Shown: piece after piece, positions 1-8,670 of the stretch | How positions within the stretch are numbered: the stretch's first letter is position 1 | Layout of the letters: each line of letters begins with the position of its first letter | Assembly (NCBI GenBank): GCA_031409275.1 | Contig: JANNXA010000009.1 | Coordinates: 64,001 to 128,000, forward strand | Origin: Planctomycetota bacterium | GTDB taxonomy: Bacteria > Planctomycetota > B15-G4 > SIAN01 | Reading direction: 5' to 3' | Length of the DNA stretch: 64,000 bases | Notes under the pieces: generated by a model | Told to the model about the DNA's origin: nothing | The model's input: only the letters and a program-made list of their open reading frames with translations | The model's database searches: none | Translations under genes and position numbers: made by a program

Positions 1-1
1 C

Positions 2-958
2 GGCACCAGCGAGGGGCTCTTGCGGTGGCAAGCCGGGACGCTGACGCCGGTGGTGAGCGACGTCGCCGTGACGGCGTTGGTGCGCTTGCCCGGCGGCCGA
101 GTGATGGCCGGAACCGCCGACGGTGAACTCATCGAGTCCGATCGAACCGGGCGACCGCGGCTACGCGCGACGCTCGCAGCGGGAGCGGTGATCGCATCGT
201 TGCTGCCGCTCGGCGGCCGCAGCGAGCGAGTGCTCGGCGGAACGGCATCGGGAGCACTCGTCGAGCTCAACGGCGACGGAGAGACGCGAGCGATCGACTG
301 GATCGCGCCCGGCGCGCCGTTGCAGGTGGTCGGCATTCCGGGCCGCCCGCGCTCGGCACTGCTGGTGAGCGCCGGTCGCGGCGGCTGGTTCGTCACCGAG
401 CCCGACCAGGCGCCGCAGCCCTGGTTCAACGCGGCGGACGCGCCACTTCTGGACACGACTCCGCATCCCATCGATGGCCACCTTTGGCTGGCGCGCACTG
501 CGACTCAACTCCTGCGCTCGAACGATGGCGCTCGCACGTTCAAGCCCGTCGCCGGTTGGCCCGCGTCCTTGCGACCGCGACGAGTCGCCTTCATGAGCGC
601 GCCGCCCTGGCACGCCTTCGCGGTGGCGTTCCCGAGCGGATCACCGCCCGACCCGGCCGATCCATCCCCGCTCTGGACCAGCGTGGACGGCGGCCAGACC
701 TTCCACCCGATCGAGTCGCGCCGAATCGATCGCGCCCGCGATCCGGTCGGCGAGATCACCGCCATCGCCGCACTCGAGGAGCACCAACACCTCGTCGTCC
801 TGCTCGGCACGGATCACGGCGAGCTCCTCCGATTCGCCGGGGGGCAACCTCCCGCCCACCTCCTCGCCGACCGCCTCCCCCCGATCCACCACCTCCTCGC
901 AACCGGCACCGCTCCCCTCGTCGACCCCTCCACCTCCGGCGTCTTCCTCCTCCCCTGA
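2..958 (+). CDS. Beta-propeller/BNR (Asp-box) repeat protein, 5' partial
   Basis: Frame is open from the window edge (GTSEGLLRW...). It has repeated GT-x-x-G propeller strands and Asp-boxes (RSNDGARTF, TSVDGGQTF). Confidence 0.6.
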   Translation, partial: GTSEGLLRWQAGTLTPVVSDVAVTALVRLPGGRVMAGTADGELIESDRTGRPRLRATLAAGAVIASLLPLGGRSERVLGGTASGALVELNGDGETRAIDWIAPGAPLQVVGIPGRPRSALLVSAGRGGWFVTEPDQAPQPWFNAADAPLLDTTPHPIDGHLWLARTATQLLRSNDGARTFKPVAGWPASLRPRRVAFMSAPPWHAFAVAFPSGSPPDPADPSPLWTSVDGGQTFHPIESRRIDRARDPVGEITAIAALEEHQHLVVLLGTDHGELLRFAGGQPPAHLLADRLPPIHHLLATGTAPLVDPSTSGVFLLP

Positions 959-982
959 CCGCCCCCGCTCTGCCGCCGCCAA

Positions 983-1218
983 CCACCCAGCGCCCGTCCC
1001 TCCTCGCGCGCTGCTGGCGCAGCCACCCAGCGCCCCGCCTCCCCCTCTCGCGCGCTGCTGTCGCAGCCACCCAGCGCCCCGCCCTTCCTCTCGCGCGCTG
1101 CTGGCGCAGCCAGCCAGCGCCTCGCCTCCCCCTCTCGCGCGCTGCTGCCGCAGCCAGCCAGCGCCCCGCGTCCCTCTCGCGCGCTGCTGGCGCAGCCAGC
1201 CAGCGCCTCCCCGCTCCC
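983..1218. repeat. Tandem array of about 5.5 palindromic units, 40-44 bp each
   Basis: Units start at 983, 1023, 1067, 1110, 1154 and 1196. The core CTCGCGCGCTGCTG(G/T/C)CGCAGCCA(C/G)CCAGCGCC is separated by short, variable, C-rich linkers. Confidence 0.9.
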
Positions 1219-1229
1219 ACCGCTGCCCC

Positions 1230-1270
1230 AAACGCAAAACGGGACGCCCAGCTTTCGCCGAGCGCCCCGT
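1230..1270 (-). terminator. Rho-independent terminator downstream of nrdJ
   Basis: The minus strand reads ACGGGGCGCTCGGC-GAAA-GCTGGGCGTCCCGT followed by TTTGCGTTT. Confidence 0.7.
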
Positions 1271-1284
1271 CATCACTTCACGAC

Positions 1285-1326
1285 TTCGCTTTCGTCTTCG
1301 CTTTCGTCTTCGCTTTCGCCTTCGCC
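1285..1326. repeat. Hexamer microsatellite (TTCGYY)x7
   Basis: ttcgct ttcgtc ttcgct ttcgtc ttcgct ttcgcc ttcgcc. Confidence 0.85.
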
Positions 1327-1349
1327 GTCACGGCCCGTCGGCCGACCAC

Positions 1350-1464
1350 GGGAGGCGCAGCGCCGGTGGGTCAGCGGCTAGGAGGAGTGTCCCGAAGCTG
1401 TGTCCGAAAGGACACAGCGATGGGCGCTCCGACAACGCCGATGACCCGCCGCCGCAAGCCTCCC
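1350..1464. repeat. 115-bp rod-like palindromic element
   Basis: Nested arms GGGAGGC/GCCTCCC, CGGTGGGTCA/TGACCCGCCG, GGAGTGTCC/GGGCGCTCC and GCTGTGTCC-GAAA-GGACACAGC. Confidence 0.8.
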
Positions 1465-1466
1465 CC

Positions 1467-3995
1467 TCAGCATTGGGAGTAGCCGCAACCATGGCACTTC
1501 ACGCACCCTTCCTGGAAGGCGAGCGCGCCGATCTCGCAGCTCGGGCACTTGAGCTTGAACATCTCCTTCGGCTTGAGCGGCACCGGCGCCGCCGCCGGCG
1601 TCGCGCCGTGGCCGTTGCCGTTCGCGGGCTCGACGTCATCGACCTTGGTGGCGTCGACTTCACCGAGCAGAAGCCCGCGAATGCCGAACTTGAGCTTCGC
1701 CGCAAGGTACTTGCGCAGTGCATGCGCGAGCCCGTCGGCGAGTGACTTGATCCGCCCTTCCTTGGTCGGGACCGACAAGCTCGATCCGATGCCGTCGAGC
1801 TGGCTGACCGCGAGCAGGAAGTCGCCGTTGCAGCGCAGGAACAGCGACACGATGCGGCAGATCGCCTCGAGGTCGGAGTTGGCGAGATCGCCTCCCTTGC
1901 CGAGCTGAGCGAAGACTTCGCGCTCGATGCCGGTGCTCGGCTCGACGCTGATCTTGACGTGCATGTTGCCGAACGGCGTGAACTGGCGAACGCGCACGCA
2001 CGGCATGATCTCGGGCAGAGCGATCGGCCGCATCGGCCCGATCGGCGCGAGCACCGCCGGCAACTTCGCGTCGACCGAAACGGGCTTGGCGTCGGCGCCA
2101 GCCTTGGCCCCGCTCGTCTTGTCGCTCAGCGTCTTGCCGACCTCGTCCTTCAGCGCCATCGGCTGCATCGGTCGGCTGCCGTCGCGATAGACGGTGATGC
2201 CCTTGCACTTCGTCTCGTAGGCGAGCATGTACGCCGCCTCGACCGCCGACACATCGCAGTCGGACGGGAGGTTGATCGTCTTGCTGACGGCGGCGTCGGT
2301 GTTCTCCTGCCAGGCCGCCTGCATGCGCACGTGCCAGTCGGGCGCGATGTCGCGCGCCGTTCGGAAGACGTCGCGCACGTGCGGCGACAGCAGATCGCAC
2401 TCCTGCACGGAGCCGTGCGAAGAGGCGAAGTCGATCGCGGCAGCCGAGTCGTCATCGCTCTTCATCGAGTCCTTGAGCGCCTGCTCGAAGACCGGGTTGA
2501 CCTCGGAGAGCTTCTTGCCGTCCAGCACCTGGCGCGTGAACGCGAGCGAGAAGATCGGCTCGATCCCGCCCGAGCAGCCCGCGATGATCGAGATGGTCCC
2601 GGTCGGCGCGATGGTCACGTAGTGGGCGTTGCGCGCCTTGATCTTGCGCTTCACGTCCCAGACCGACCCCTTCCAGTTCTTGAAGCAGCCGCGCTGCTCG
2701 GCGAGCTCGGCACCGACTTCCCACGCGGCCTTCTGGATGAAGCTGCCGACGTCGCGAGCGAGCTGCAGCGCCTCCTCCGAGTCGTAACGGACGCCGAGCT
2801 GGAACAGCAGGTCGGCCCAGCCCATGACGCCGAGCCCGACCTTGCGGTTCGAACGGCACGCCTCGTCGATCTCCTTGGTCGGGTAGTTGTTCACCTCGAC
2901 CACGTCATCGAGGAAGCGGATGCACGTCCGCACGACGCCCTTCAGCTTGTCCCAGTCGATGCGCTCCTTCAGCGAGCCGCGCACGGTCGGCCGGTAGAAG
3001 CGTTCGAGGTTGATCGAGCCGAGGTTGCACGCCTCGTACGGGCCGAGCGGCTGCTCGCCGCACGGGTTGGTGGCGCGCATCTCGAAGACGTGCGGCGTCT
3101 GGTTGTGGCGATTGACTTCGTCGATGAAGATCAGCCCCGGCTCGCCCGTGGTCCAGGCGCGCGTGATGACGCGGTCCCAGAGCTGGCGCACCGTCATGAA
3201 ATCGCCCTGCTTCTCGGCGGGGATCTCTTCGTAGACGGCGCTGCCGGTGCTCTTGCGCAGCACTCCGGCCTTCTTGCTGTGCGGGTCGCGGACGACGTGC
3301 AGCGCGTTCGGGGAGTTCTTCAGTCGATCCATGAACTCGTCGGTCATCGAGACCGAGAGGTTGTAGTTGGTGACCTTGCTCAGGTCGCCCTTGATGTCGA
3401 CGAACGAGACGATGTCGGGGTGATCGACCCGCATCATTCCCATGTTCGCGCCACGCCGGAACGCACCCTGCTGGATCGCGTCCGTCACCGCCGAAAGCAT
3501 CTTCAGGAAGGAAAGCGGACCATCGGTGGTGCCGCCGGACGACTTGACGATCGCCCCCTTCGGACGCAGCTGCGACAGGTCGACGCCAGTGCCGCCGCCC
3601 GCGCGTTGGACCAGCGCGATCTGGCGCGCGGTCTCCATGATCTCGGGGATCGAGTCGTTCAACGGGAGGACGAAGCACGCGGAGAGCATTCCGAGCCGTC
3701 GTCCCGCGTTCATCAGGGTCGGCGAGTTCGGCATGAACTGGCGCTCGGTCATCGTGCGCAGGAAGGCGTCCTCGACCTCCTTGATCGCCTCGGCCGAGAC
3801 GCCCCACTTCGATTCGATCGCGGCGACGGCATGCGCCACTCGCCGGAACAACTGAGCGGGTGTCTCGACGACCTTGCCGTTGTCGTCGCGATTGAGGTAC
3901 CGGTTCTCGAGGACCGTGAACGCGTTCTTCGACAACTCCACCGAGTCCTGCCCTTTGCTCGCCGCCGTGCCGATCGCCACCCCAGGTTGAATCAC
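1467..3995 (-). CDS. nrdJ: Class II adenosylcobalamin-dependent ribonucleotide reductase with fused TSCPD domain and C-terminal Zn ribbon
   Basis: Motifs PNSPTLMNAG, SACFV, TNPCGEQPL, EACNLGSINL, IAPTGTIS and KGITVYRDGSR, with C-terminal CPSC...CHGCGYSQC. GTG start at 3995 follows a GGGGAGG RBS. Confidence 0.95.
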   Translation of the reverse strand: MIQPGVAIGTAASKGQDSVELSKNAFTVLENRYLNRDDNGKVVETPAQLFRRVAHAVAAIESKWGVSAEAIKEVEDAFLRTMTERQFMPNSPTLMNAGRRLGMLSACFVLPLNDSIPEIMETARQIALVQRAGGGTGVDLSQLRPKGAIVKSSGGTTDGPLSFLKMLSAVTDAIQQGAFRRGANMGMMRVDHPDIVSFVDIKGDLSKVTNYNLSVSMTDEFMDRLKNSPNALHVVRDPHSKKAGVLRKSTGSAVYEEIPAEKQGDFMTVRQLWDRVITRAWTTGEPGLIFIDEVNRHNQTPHVFEMRATNPCGEQPLGPYEACNLGSINLERFYRPTVRGSLKERIDWDKLKGVVRTCIRFLDDVVEVNNYPTKEIDEACRSNRKVGLGVMGWADLLFQLGVRYDSEEALQLARDVGSFIQKAAWEVGAELAEQRGCFKNWKGSVWDVKRKIKARNAHYVTIAPTGTISIIAGCSGGIEPIFSLAFTRQVLDGKKLSEVNPVFEQALKDSMKSDDDSAAAIDFASSHGSVQECDLLSPHVRDVFRTARDIAPDWHVRMQAAWQENTDAAVSKTINLPSDCDVSAVEAAYMLAYETKCKGITVYRDGSRPMQPMALKDEVGKTLSDKTSGAKAGADAKPVSVDAKLPAVLAPIGPMRPIALPEIMPCVRVRQFTPFGNMHVKISVEPSTGIEREVFAQLGKGGDLANSDLEAICRIVSLFLRCNGDFLLAVSQLDGIGSSLSVPTKEGRIKSLADGLAHALRKYLAAKLKFGIRGLLLGEVDATKVDDVEPANGNGHGATPAAAPVPLKPKEMFKLKCPSCEIGALAFQEGCVKCHGCGYSQC

Positions 3996-4199
3996 GATGC
4001 CCCTCCCCTTTTTCGGACTCTGGCCAGCGCTGAATTCGTCATGGGGCCGAATGCGCCCCACCGTCCATAGTGCTAGCCTCGCACTATCCCGCCATTGCCA
4101 CCGGAGACGACAGCGGGCCGCCCGCCTGGCGACCCGCCGCGCTTCCATTTTTTGACCGTGCACACAAGCGTTCGGTTAGCGATCAAACTTCGATGAAGG

Positions 4200-4245
4200 T
4201 GCTAGACATGGTGGTGTCGCGGTCGCCGAACCACAACCGCTTGGT
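4200..4245 (-). promoter_or_regulatory. Tandem NrdR boxes
   Basis: CACCATGTCTAGCA (4200-4213) and a weaker ACCAAGCGGTTGTG (4232-4245) resemble the CaCwAtATaTwGtg consensus. They are 32 bp apart, upstream of nrdJ. Confidence 0.55.
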
Positions 4246-4376
4246 GCACGGGCGGAATTTGTATCCCGAACTGAAAGGGCTGTCTAGGGGGGTCAAAAAA
4301 GGCGCGATGAAGACGCCACAACCCGTTTTTGGCAAAGGACTTTCGACGCCAGGGTCGGAGCTTCAACGCGCGCCCT

Positions 4377-4712
4377 TCAGTCGACGGTTGGGCTCTCTTC
4401 CGACTTTTGGTGCGACAACAGCACGAGATTTCGGGCGTAGACGACTAGTCCTGGCAGCTGCCCCATGATCACGAGCGGCTCGGTTTTGCCGAAGCCGTAG
4501 ATCAGCGTGAGCACCGAGCCCCAGAGGCTCATGTGCCAGAAGACTTTCGGCACCACGCTCTTCTTGCGCTTTTCCGACACCCACCACTGCACGACCATGC
4601 GGCCGGCAAAGACGAGCTGTCCGACCACGCCGATGATGCCGATCGGGTCGAGGAGCTTCTCCCAGAGCTTGTGGAAGTACTGGGCGGCGTCGACTTCAAG
4701 CAAGAGCACCAT
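4377..4712 (-). CDS. Lipid A biosynthesis N-terminal (LAB_N) domain membrane protein
   Basis: Signature GQLVFAGRMVVQWWVSEKRKKSVVPKVFWHMSLWG...VYARNL. Confidence 0.85.
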   Translation of the reverse strand: MVLLLEVDAAQYFHKLWEKLLDPIGIIGVVGQLVFAGRMVVQWWVSEKRKKSVVPKVFWHMSLWGSVLTLIYGFGKTEPLVIMGQLPGLVVYARNLVLLSHQKSEESPTVD

Positions 4713-4785
4713 CGATCTCCACGGCGACGCGCCAGGGCTGCCGAAACGGCGCGCCGCCCGACACGCTACTCGTCCCCTTGCTCCG

Positions 4786-6027
4786 TCACCCCTTCACGCA
4801 CACGACCTGCTTCAGCGTGTGCACGATTTCGACGAGGTCCGACTGCGCGCGCATCACGGCGTCGATGTCCTTGTAGGCCATCGGGGTCTCATCGATGACG
4901 TCAGCGTCCTTGCGGCACTCGACGTCGCGGGTCGCCGCGGCATGGTCGGCCACGGTGAAACGGCGCCGCGCCTCGGTGCGCGACATGCGCCGGCCGGCAC
5001 CGTGGCTGCAGCTCTCGAAACTCGCGGGATCTCCCCTGCCGCGCACGATGAAGCTGCGCGCTCCCATGCTGCCCGGAATGATCCCAAGCTCGCCGAGGCC
5101 AGCGCGCACCGCTCCCTTGCGCGTGATCAGCAGCTCGACCCCGCGGTGCACTTCGCGCTGCACGTAGTTGTGATGGCAGTTCACCACCAGCAGGTCGGCC
5201 TGGAACGGCGGCAGCCCCTTCACGAGGTGCAACGATCGCAGGATCGCCTGCATCATCAGCTCGCGATTGGTGCGCGCGAACTCCTGCGCCCACGACACCG
5301 CGGCGAAGTAGTCGTCGAAGTCGGGCGTCCCCGCATCGAACCAGGCGAGGTCGCGATCGGGCAGTTCGCCGGCACGCGCCCTCATCGCCTCGCGCGCGCG
5401 CTCGATGAAGTAGGTCCCGATCTTGTTGCCGACCCCGCGCGACCCCGAATGGAGCACGACCCAGATGGCGTCGCCTTCGTCACGGCACACTTCGATGAAG
5501 TGGTTGCCCGTGCCGAGCGTGCCGAGCTGGAGTTCCGCTCGCGAGTGCTTCACGCGCGGATGGCGGGCCAGCAGCGGGGCGAGCGGCGGCGCGAGCGACT
5601 GCCATGCCGCCGCGGCAGCGGGCGGCAGCTCACGCCACGCCCCGCGATCACCCGCCGCGCCGTGGTGGGTGCGACCGTGCGGCACCGACCGCTCGATGGT
5701 GTGGCGGATCGGCTGCAGGTCATCGGGCAGGTCGCGCGCGAGCAGGCTCGTACGCACGGCCATCATCCCGCAGCCGATGTCGACGCCGACCGCCGCCGGC
5801 ACGATCGCCGCGCGAGTGGCGAAGACGCTGCCGACCGTCGCGCCGATTCCCACATGGACGTCCGGCATCGCCGCGATGTGGTCGTACGCGATCGGCAGTC
5901 GCGCGAGATTCGCGAGCTGCGCGAACGCCTCCTCCTCGACCGGCACGTCGCGGACCCAGGCATGGATCGCAACCCCACCGTCGACCTGCCGCACGATCGG
6001 GCCGCCACCGTGATTCGATCCCGTCAT
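4786..6027 (-). CDS. rtcB: RtcB family RNA ligase
   Basis: Motifs MPDVHVG, VGVDIGCG, GTGNHFIE, HSGSRG, CHHNY, SHGAGR and IDETPMAYKDI. The start overlaps the upstream stop (ATGA). Confidence 0.93.
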   Translation of the reverse strand: MTGSNHGGGPIVRQVDGGVAIHAWVRDVPVEEEAFAQLANLARLPIAYDHIAAMPDVHVGIGATVGSVFATRAAIVPAAVGVDIGCGMMAVRTSLLARDLPDDLQPIRHTIERSVPHGRTHHGAAGDRGAWRELPPAAAAAWQSLAPPLAPLLARHPRVKHSRAELQLGTLGTGNHFIEVCRDEGDAIWVVLHSGSRGVGNKIGTYFIERAREAMRARAGELPDRDLAWFDAGTPDFDDYFAAVSWAQEFARTNRELMMQAILRSLHLVKGLPPFQADLLVVNCHHNYVQREVHRGVELLITRKGAVRAGLGELGIIPGSMGARSFIVRGRGDPASFESCSHGAGRRMSRTEARRRFTVADHAAATRDVECRKDADVIDETPMAYKDIDAVMRAQSDLVEIVHTLKQVVCVKG

Positions 6028-6971
6028 CGCCGACCTCCGGGCCGCGTCTTCCAGCGCGGATGGATCCAGTTCCACTGCTCCGGGTGAGCACGCACGAACG
6101 CCTCGAGCTGACCGTTCAACACGCGCAGGAGGCGCGCCTCTTCGAGGTCCGGATCGGCCGTGAGGTCGGGGACGATCGGCTCCGCGAACGCGGCGTGGTA
6201 ATCGAGCGCCTTGCCGCTGCTCCACGACGCGACGCAGAGGATCGGCTTGCCGGTGCGCAGCGCCAGCACGGCCGGCGTGCGGACGGTCGCCGCCGGAACA
6301 CCGAAGAAATCGACGAAGGCCGGGCTCTCCTTCTGATTGAGGTCGGACAAGAGCGCCACGCTCTGGCCGCGCCGAAGGCAGCGGAACAGCGCGACCACGG
6401 CGTTGTCGCGCTCGATGAGCCCCATGCCGAGCCGGCTGCGCAACGTGACCAGTCGCTCGTTCAGCTCGGGGTTGCGCAGCGGCTTCATCACCGCGTGCAG
6501 CGGCGTCACCTGTTCCGTGACGACGCCACCCAGAAGCTCCCAGTGACCTTGATGGAGCGTCACGAAGATCGCGCTGCCGTGCTTCGCAATCATCGCCTTC
6601 GCCTGCGCCACGCCCTCCAGCGCGACGAAGCGCGTCAGCGGCCGCAGCCGCGGCTGCGCCAGCAACAGCAGGTACTCGACGAAGAAGCGGCCGAGGTGGC
6701 GATAGACGCCCGCCACGATGCGTCGCCGCGTCGCCGCATCGAGCGTCGTGCCGTACGCGAGCTCCAGGTTGGCCAGCGCCACCGCGCGACGCCGCCGATC
6801 GACGACGCCAAGCAGCGCACCGAGCCGCTCGCCGCAGCGGACGCCCAGCCGTACCGGTACGAAGCGCGCTGCGGCCGCGATCGCCAGCACGAGCCGCGCC
6901 TCGACCCGATCGCGCCAACGCTTCCAGCGCGTCCGCTCCTTCGTCGCCTTCGCCGCCTTCGTTCCCGTCAT
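6024..6971 (-). CDS. Lipid A biosynthesis acyltransferase (LpxL/HtrB family)
   Basis: Motifs HQGHWE, LRNP, LLSDLN, VDFFG and HPEQWNWIHPRWK. Confidence 0.88.
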   Translation of the reverse strand: MTGTKAAKATKERTRWKRWRDRVEARLVLAIAAAARFVPVRLGVRCGERLGALLGVVDRRRRAVALANLELAYGTTLDAATRRRIVAGVYRHLGRFFVEYLLLLAQPRLRPLTRFVALEGVAQAKAMIAKHGSAIFVTLHQGHWELLGGVVTEQVTPLHAVMKPLRNPELNERLVTLRSRLGMGLIERDNAVVALFRCLRRGQSVALLSDLNQKESPAFVDFFGVPAATVRTPAVLALRTGKPILCVASWSSGKALDYHAAFAEPIVPDLTADPDLEEARLLRVLNGQLEAFVRAHPEQWNWIHPRWKTRPGGRR

Positions 6972-6981
6972 CGTCGCGGCC

Positions 6982-8661
6982 TCACGGACGAACCGCCCGC
7001 AGAGCGACGATCGGGCTGCCTTGCAGCCAACCGCGCGCGACTTCTTGCGTCGTCCCGACCAGGCCGAGCTCGGCGAGGTCGCGCATCCAGACGATGGCGA
7101 TCAGCTCCGCATCCTCGCGCAGCAGCGCCAGCGGCTTGCGATGGTCGTACTCCTCGATCCGCGGCAGGCGCGTCGACAATCGCAGCGCGCTGCGCAGCCC
7201 GGTGGGTGCGACTAGCCGTTTCGCCGCCAGCACCGCCGGCGACTCGCTCAGATCACGCGCCGCCATGAAGCGATCGGCTCGCCGCGCAACGATCGGCAGG
7301 AGCAGGAACGCGGCAGCGCCGACCATCGTCCGCTTTGGAAACGCCGCCGGCGTGTCGGCGCTGCGCCGCGATGCCGCGCTCAGAAGCAGCGCGCCCGCCA
7401 ACGCCACCGCAACCTGCAGCCAGCGATCGCCTCGCATCGCGTCGGCGACGGTCGGATCGAGCGACGAACCCAACGGCACGCGCAACGCGAGCACCGCCGC
7501 CGCGACGACCAGGAGCACGCCGAACACACCGCCCAACGCCTTCATCGAGCGGCGCGCCCAGGGCCGCGCATCGCCGCCCAACCGCTCGCCGGCCAGCAGC
7601 GCGAGCGCCGGCAGGGCGGGCAAGACGTAGTGAGGCTGCTGCGTCGGCAGACACGCGATCAGCACGCTCGGCACCACTCCCAGACCAAGCAGCGCCGCCA
7701 CGCGCGGCGGGGGTCGCCACGCGCCGCGGCGCAACCTCGGCATCGCGCCGAGCGCCAGCACGCTCCACGGCAATCCTCCGACCAGGATCACCAGCAGCGC
7801 GAAACCAGGGAAGCGGCGGTGCTTCCTCTCGGTCCCGGCAATGCGCCGTTCGAGCTGACCGAAGATGAGGTCGTGCACATAGTTGTCGCCCGCGATCGCT
7901 CGCGCCTTCGCGACCCAACTCAGCGCGAGCGCGACCGCGACACCGAGCACCAGCAGGTCGAGCCACGCGAAGGCGCCCGGTGCCGGCGACGCCTTGGGCG
8001 CCGCGTCCGTGCGCGCTGCGAAGCACGCTCCGACTCGCCACCCGATCGCAAAGAGCAGCACCACCGGCCCCTTGGTCAGCAACCCGGCCGCCAGCAGCAC
8101 CCCTTCGAGCAGCGCCCATGCGACGCGCGCCAGGAGACGCTCGCGCGGCAGCGTCGAGCGCTGCAAGGCGCATGCGACCGCACCGGTCATTTCCACGGTC
8201 AGCAGCGGATCGATGTAACCGAGCTGCGCGTAAGCGACGACCAACGGGGCGGTGGCCAGCACGTACGCGCCGCGCCGAACCGTGCTCGCCGAGAGTCCGC
8301 ACGCGCGGCCGATCGAGGGCAGCAGCGCGAGGGTCGCGAGCGTGGCGAGCAACGACACCAGATGCGGTCCGCGTTCGATCGGGACGCCCACGCGCGCAAG
8401 GCCGGCGATGGCCCAGAAGAAGAGGGGCGGCTTCTCGAAGTACCACTTCTGGTGGAGCACCGGCACCCACCACTGCCCGCTCTCGCGCATCGCGAGCGCC
8501 ACGTCGGCGTAGCGCGTCTCGTCGACCGGCCACGCATCGCGCAGCAGCACCATCGGCAGCCACAACGCCACCGCCAGCAGCAACGCACCGCGAACGCTGG
8601 CGAGACCAGCGCATTCCGAAGGATCGACCGCGCAGGCCGCGCTTGCAGGGGAAGACAGCAC
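6982..8661 (-). CDS. ArnT-like GT-C glycosyltransferase
   Basis: Motifs DETRYA, YFEKPPLFFW, LTKGP and HYVLPALPALAL, with many TM helices. Confidence 0.85.
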   Translation of the reverse strand: MLSSPASAACAVDPSECAGLASVRGALLLAVALWLPMVLLRDAWPVDETRYADVALAMRESGQWWVPVLHQKWYFEKPPLFFWAIAGLARVGVPIERGPHLVSLLATLATLALLPSIGRACGLSASTVRRGAYVLATAPLVVAYAQLGYIDPLLTVEMTGAVACALQRSTLPRERLLARVAWALLEGVLLAAGLLTKGPVVLLFAIGWRVGACFAARTDAAPKASPAPGAFAWLDLLVLGVAVALALSWVAKARAIAGDNYVHDLIFGQLERRIAGTERKHRRFPGFALLVILVGGLPWSVLALGAMPRLRRGAWRPPPRVAALLGLGVVPSVLIACLPTQQPHYVLPALPALALLAGERLGGDARPWARRSMKALGGVFGVLLVVAAAVLALRVPLGSSLDPTVADAMRGDRWLQVAVALAGALLLSAASRRSADTPAAFPKRTMVGAAAFLLLPIVARRADRFMAARDLSESPAVLAAKRLVAPTGLRSALRLSTRLPRIEEYDHRKPLALLREDAELIAIVWMRDLAELGLVGTTQEVARGWLQGSPIVALRAVRP

Positions 8662-8670
8662 GGCGCGATC

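Noticed and set aside
983..1218. CRISPR array
   Set aside because: Spacers are only about 10 nt, C-rich and similar to each other, and there are no cas genes or leader.
3996..4376. Cobalamin riboswitch upstream of nrdJ
   Set aside because: I could not find a B12-box or the other conserved elements.
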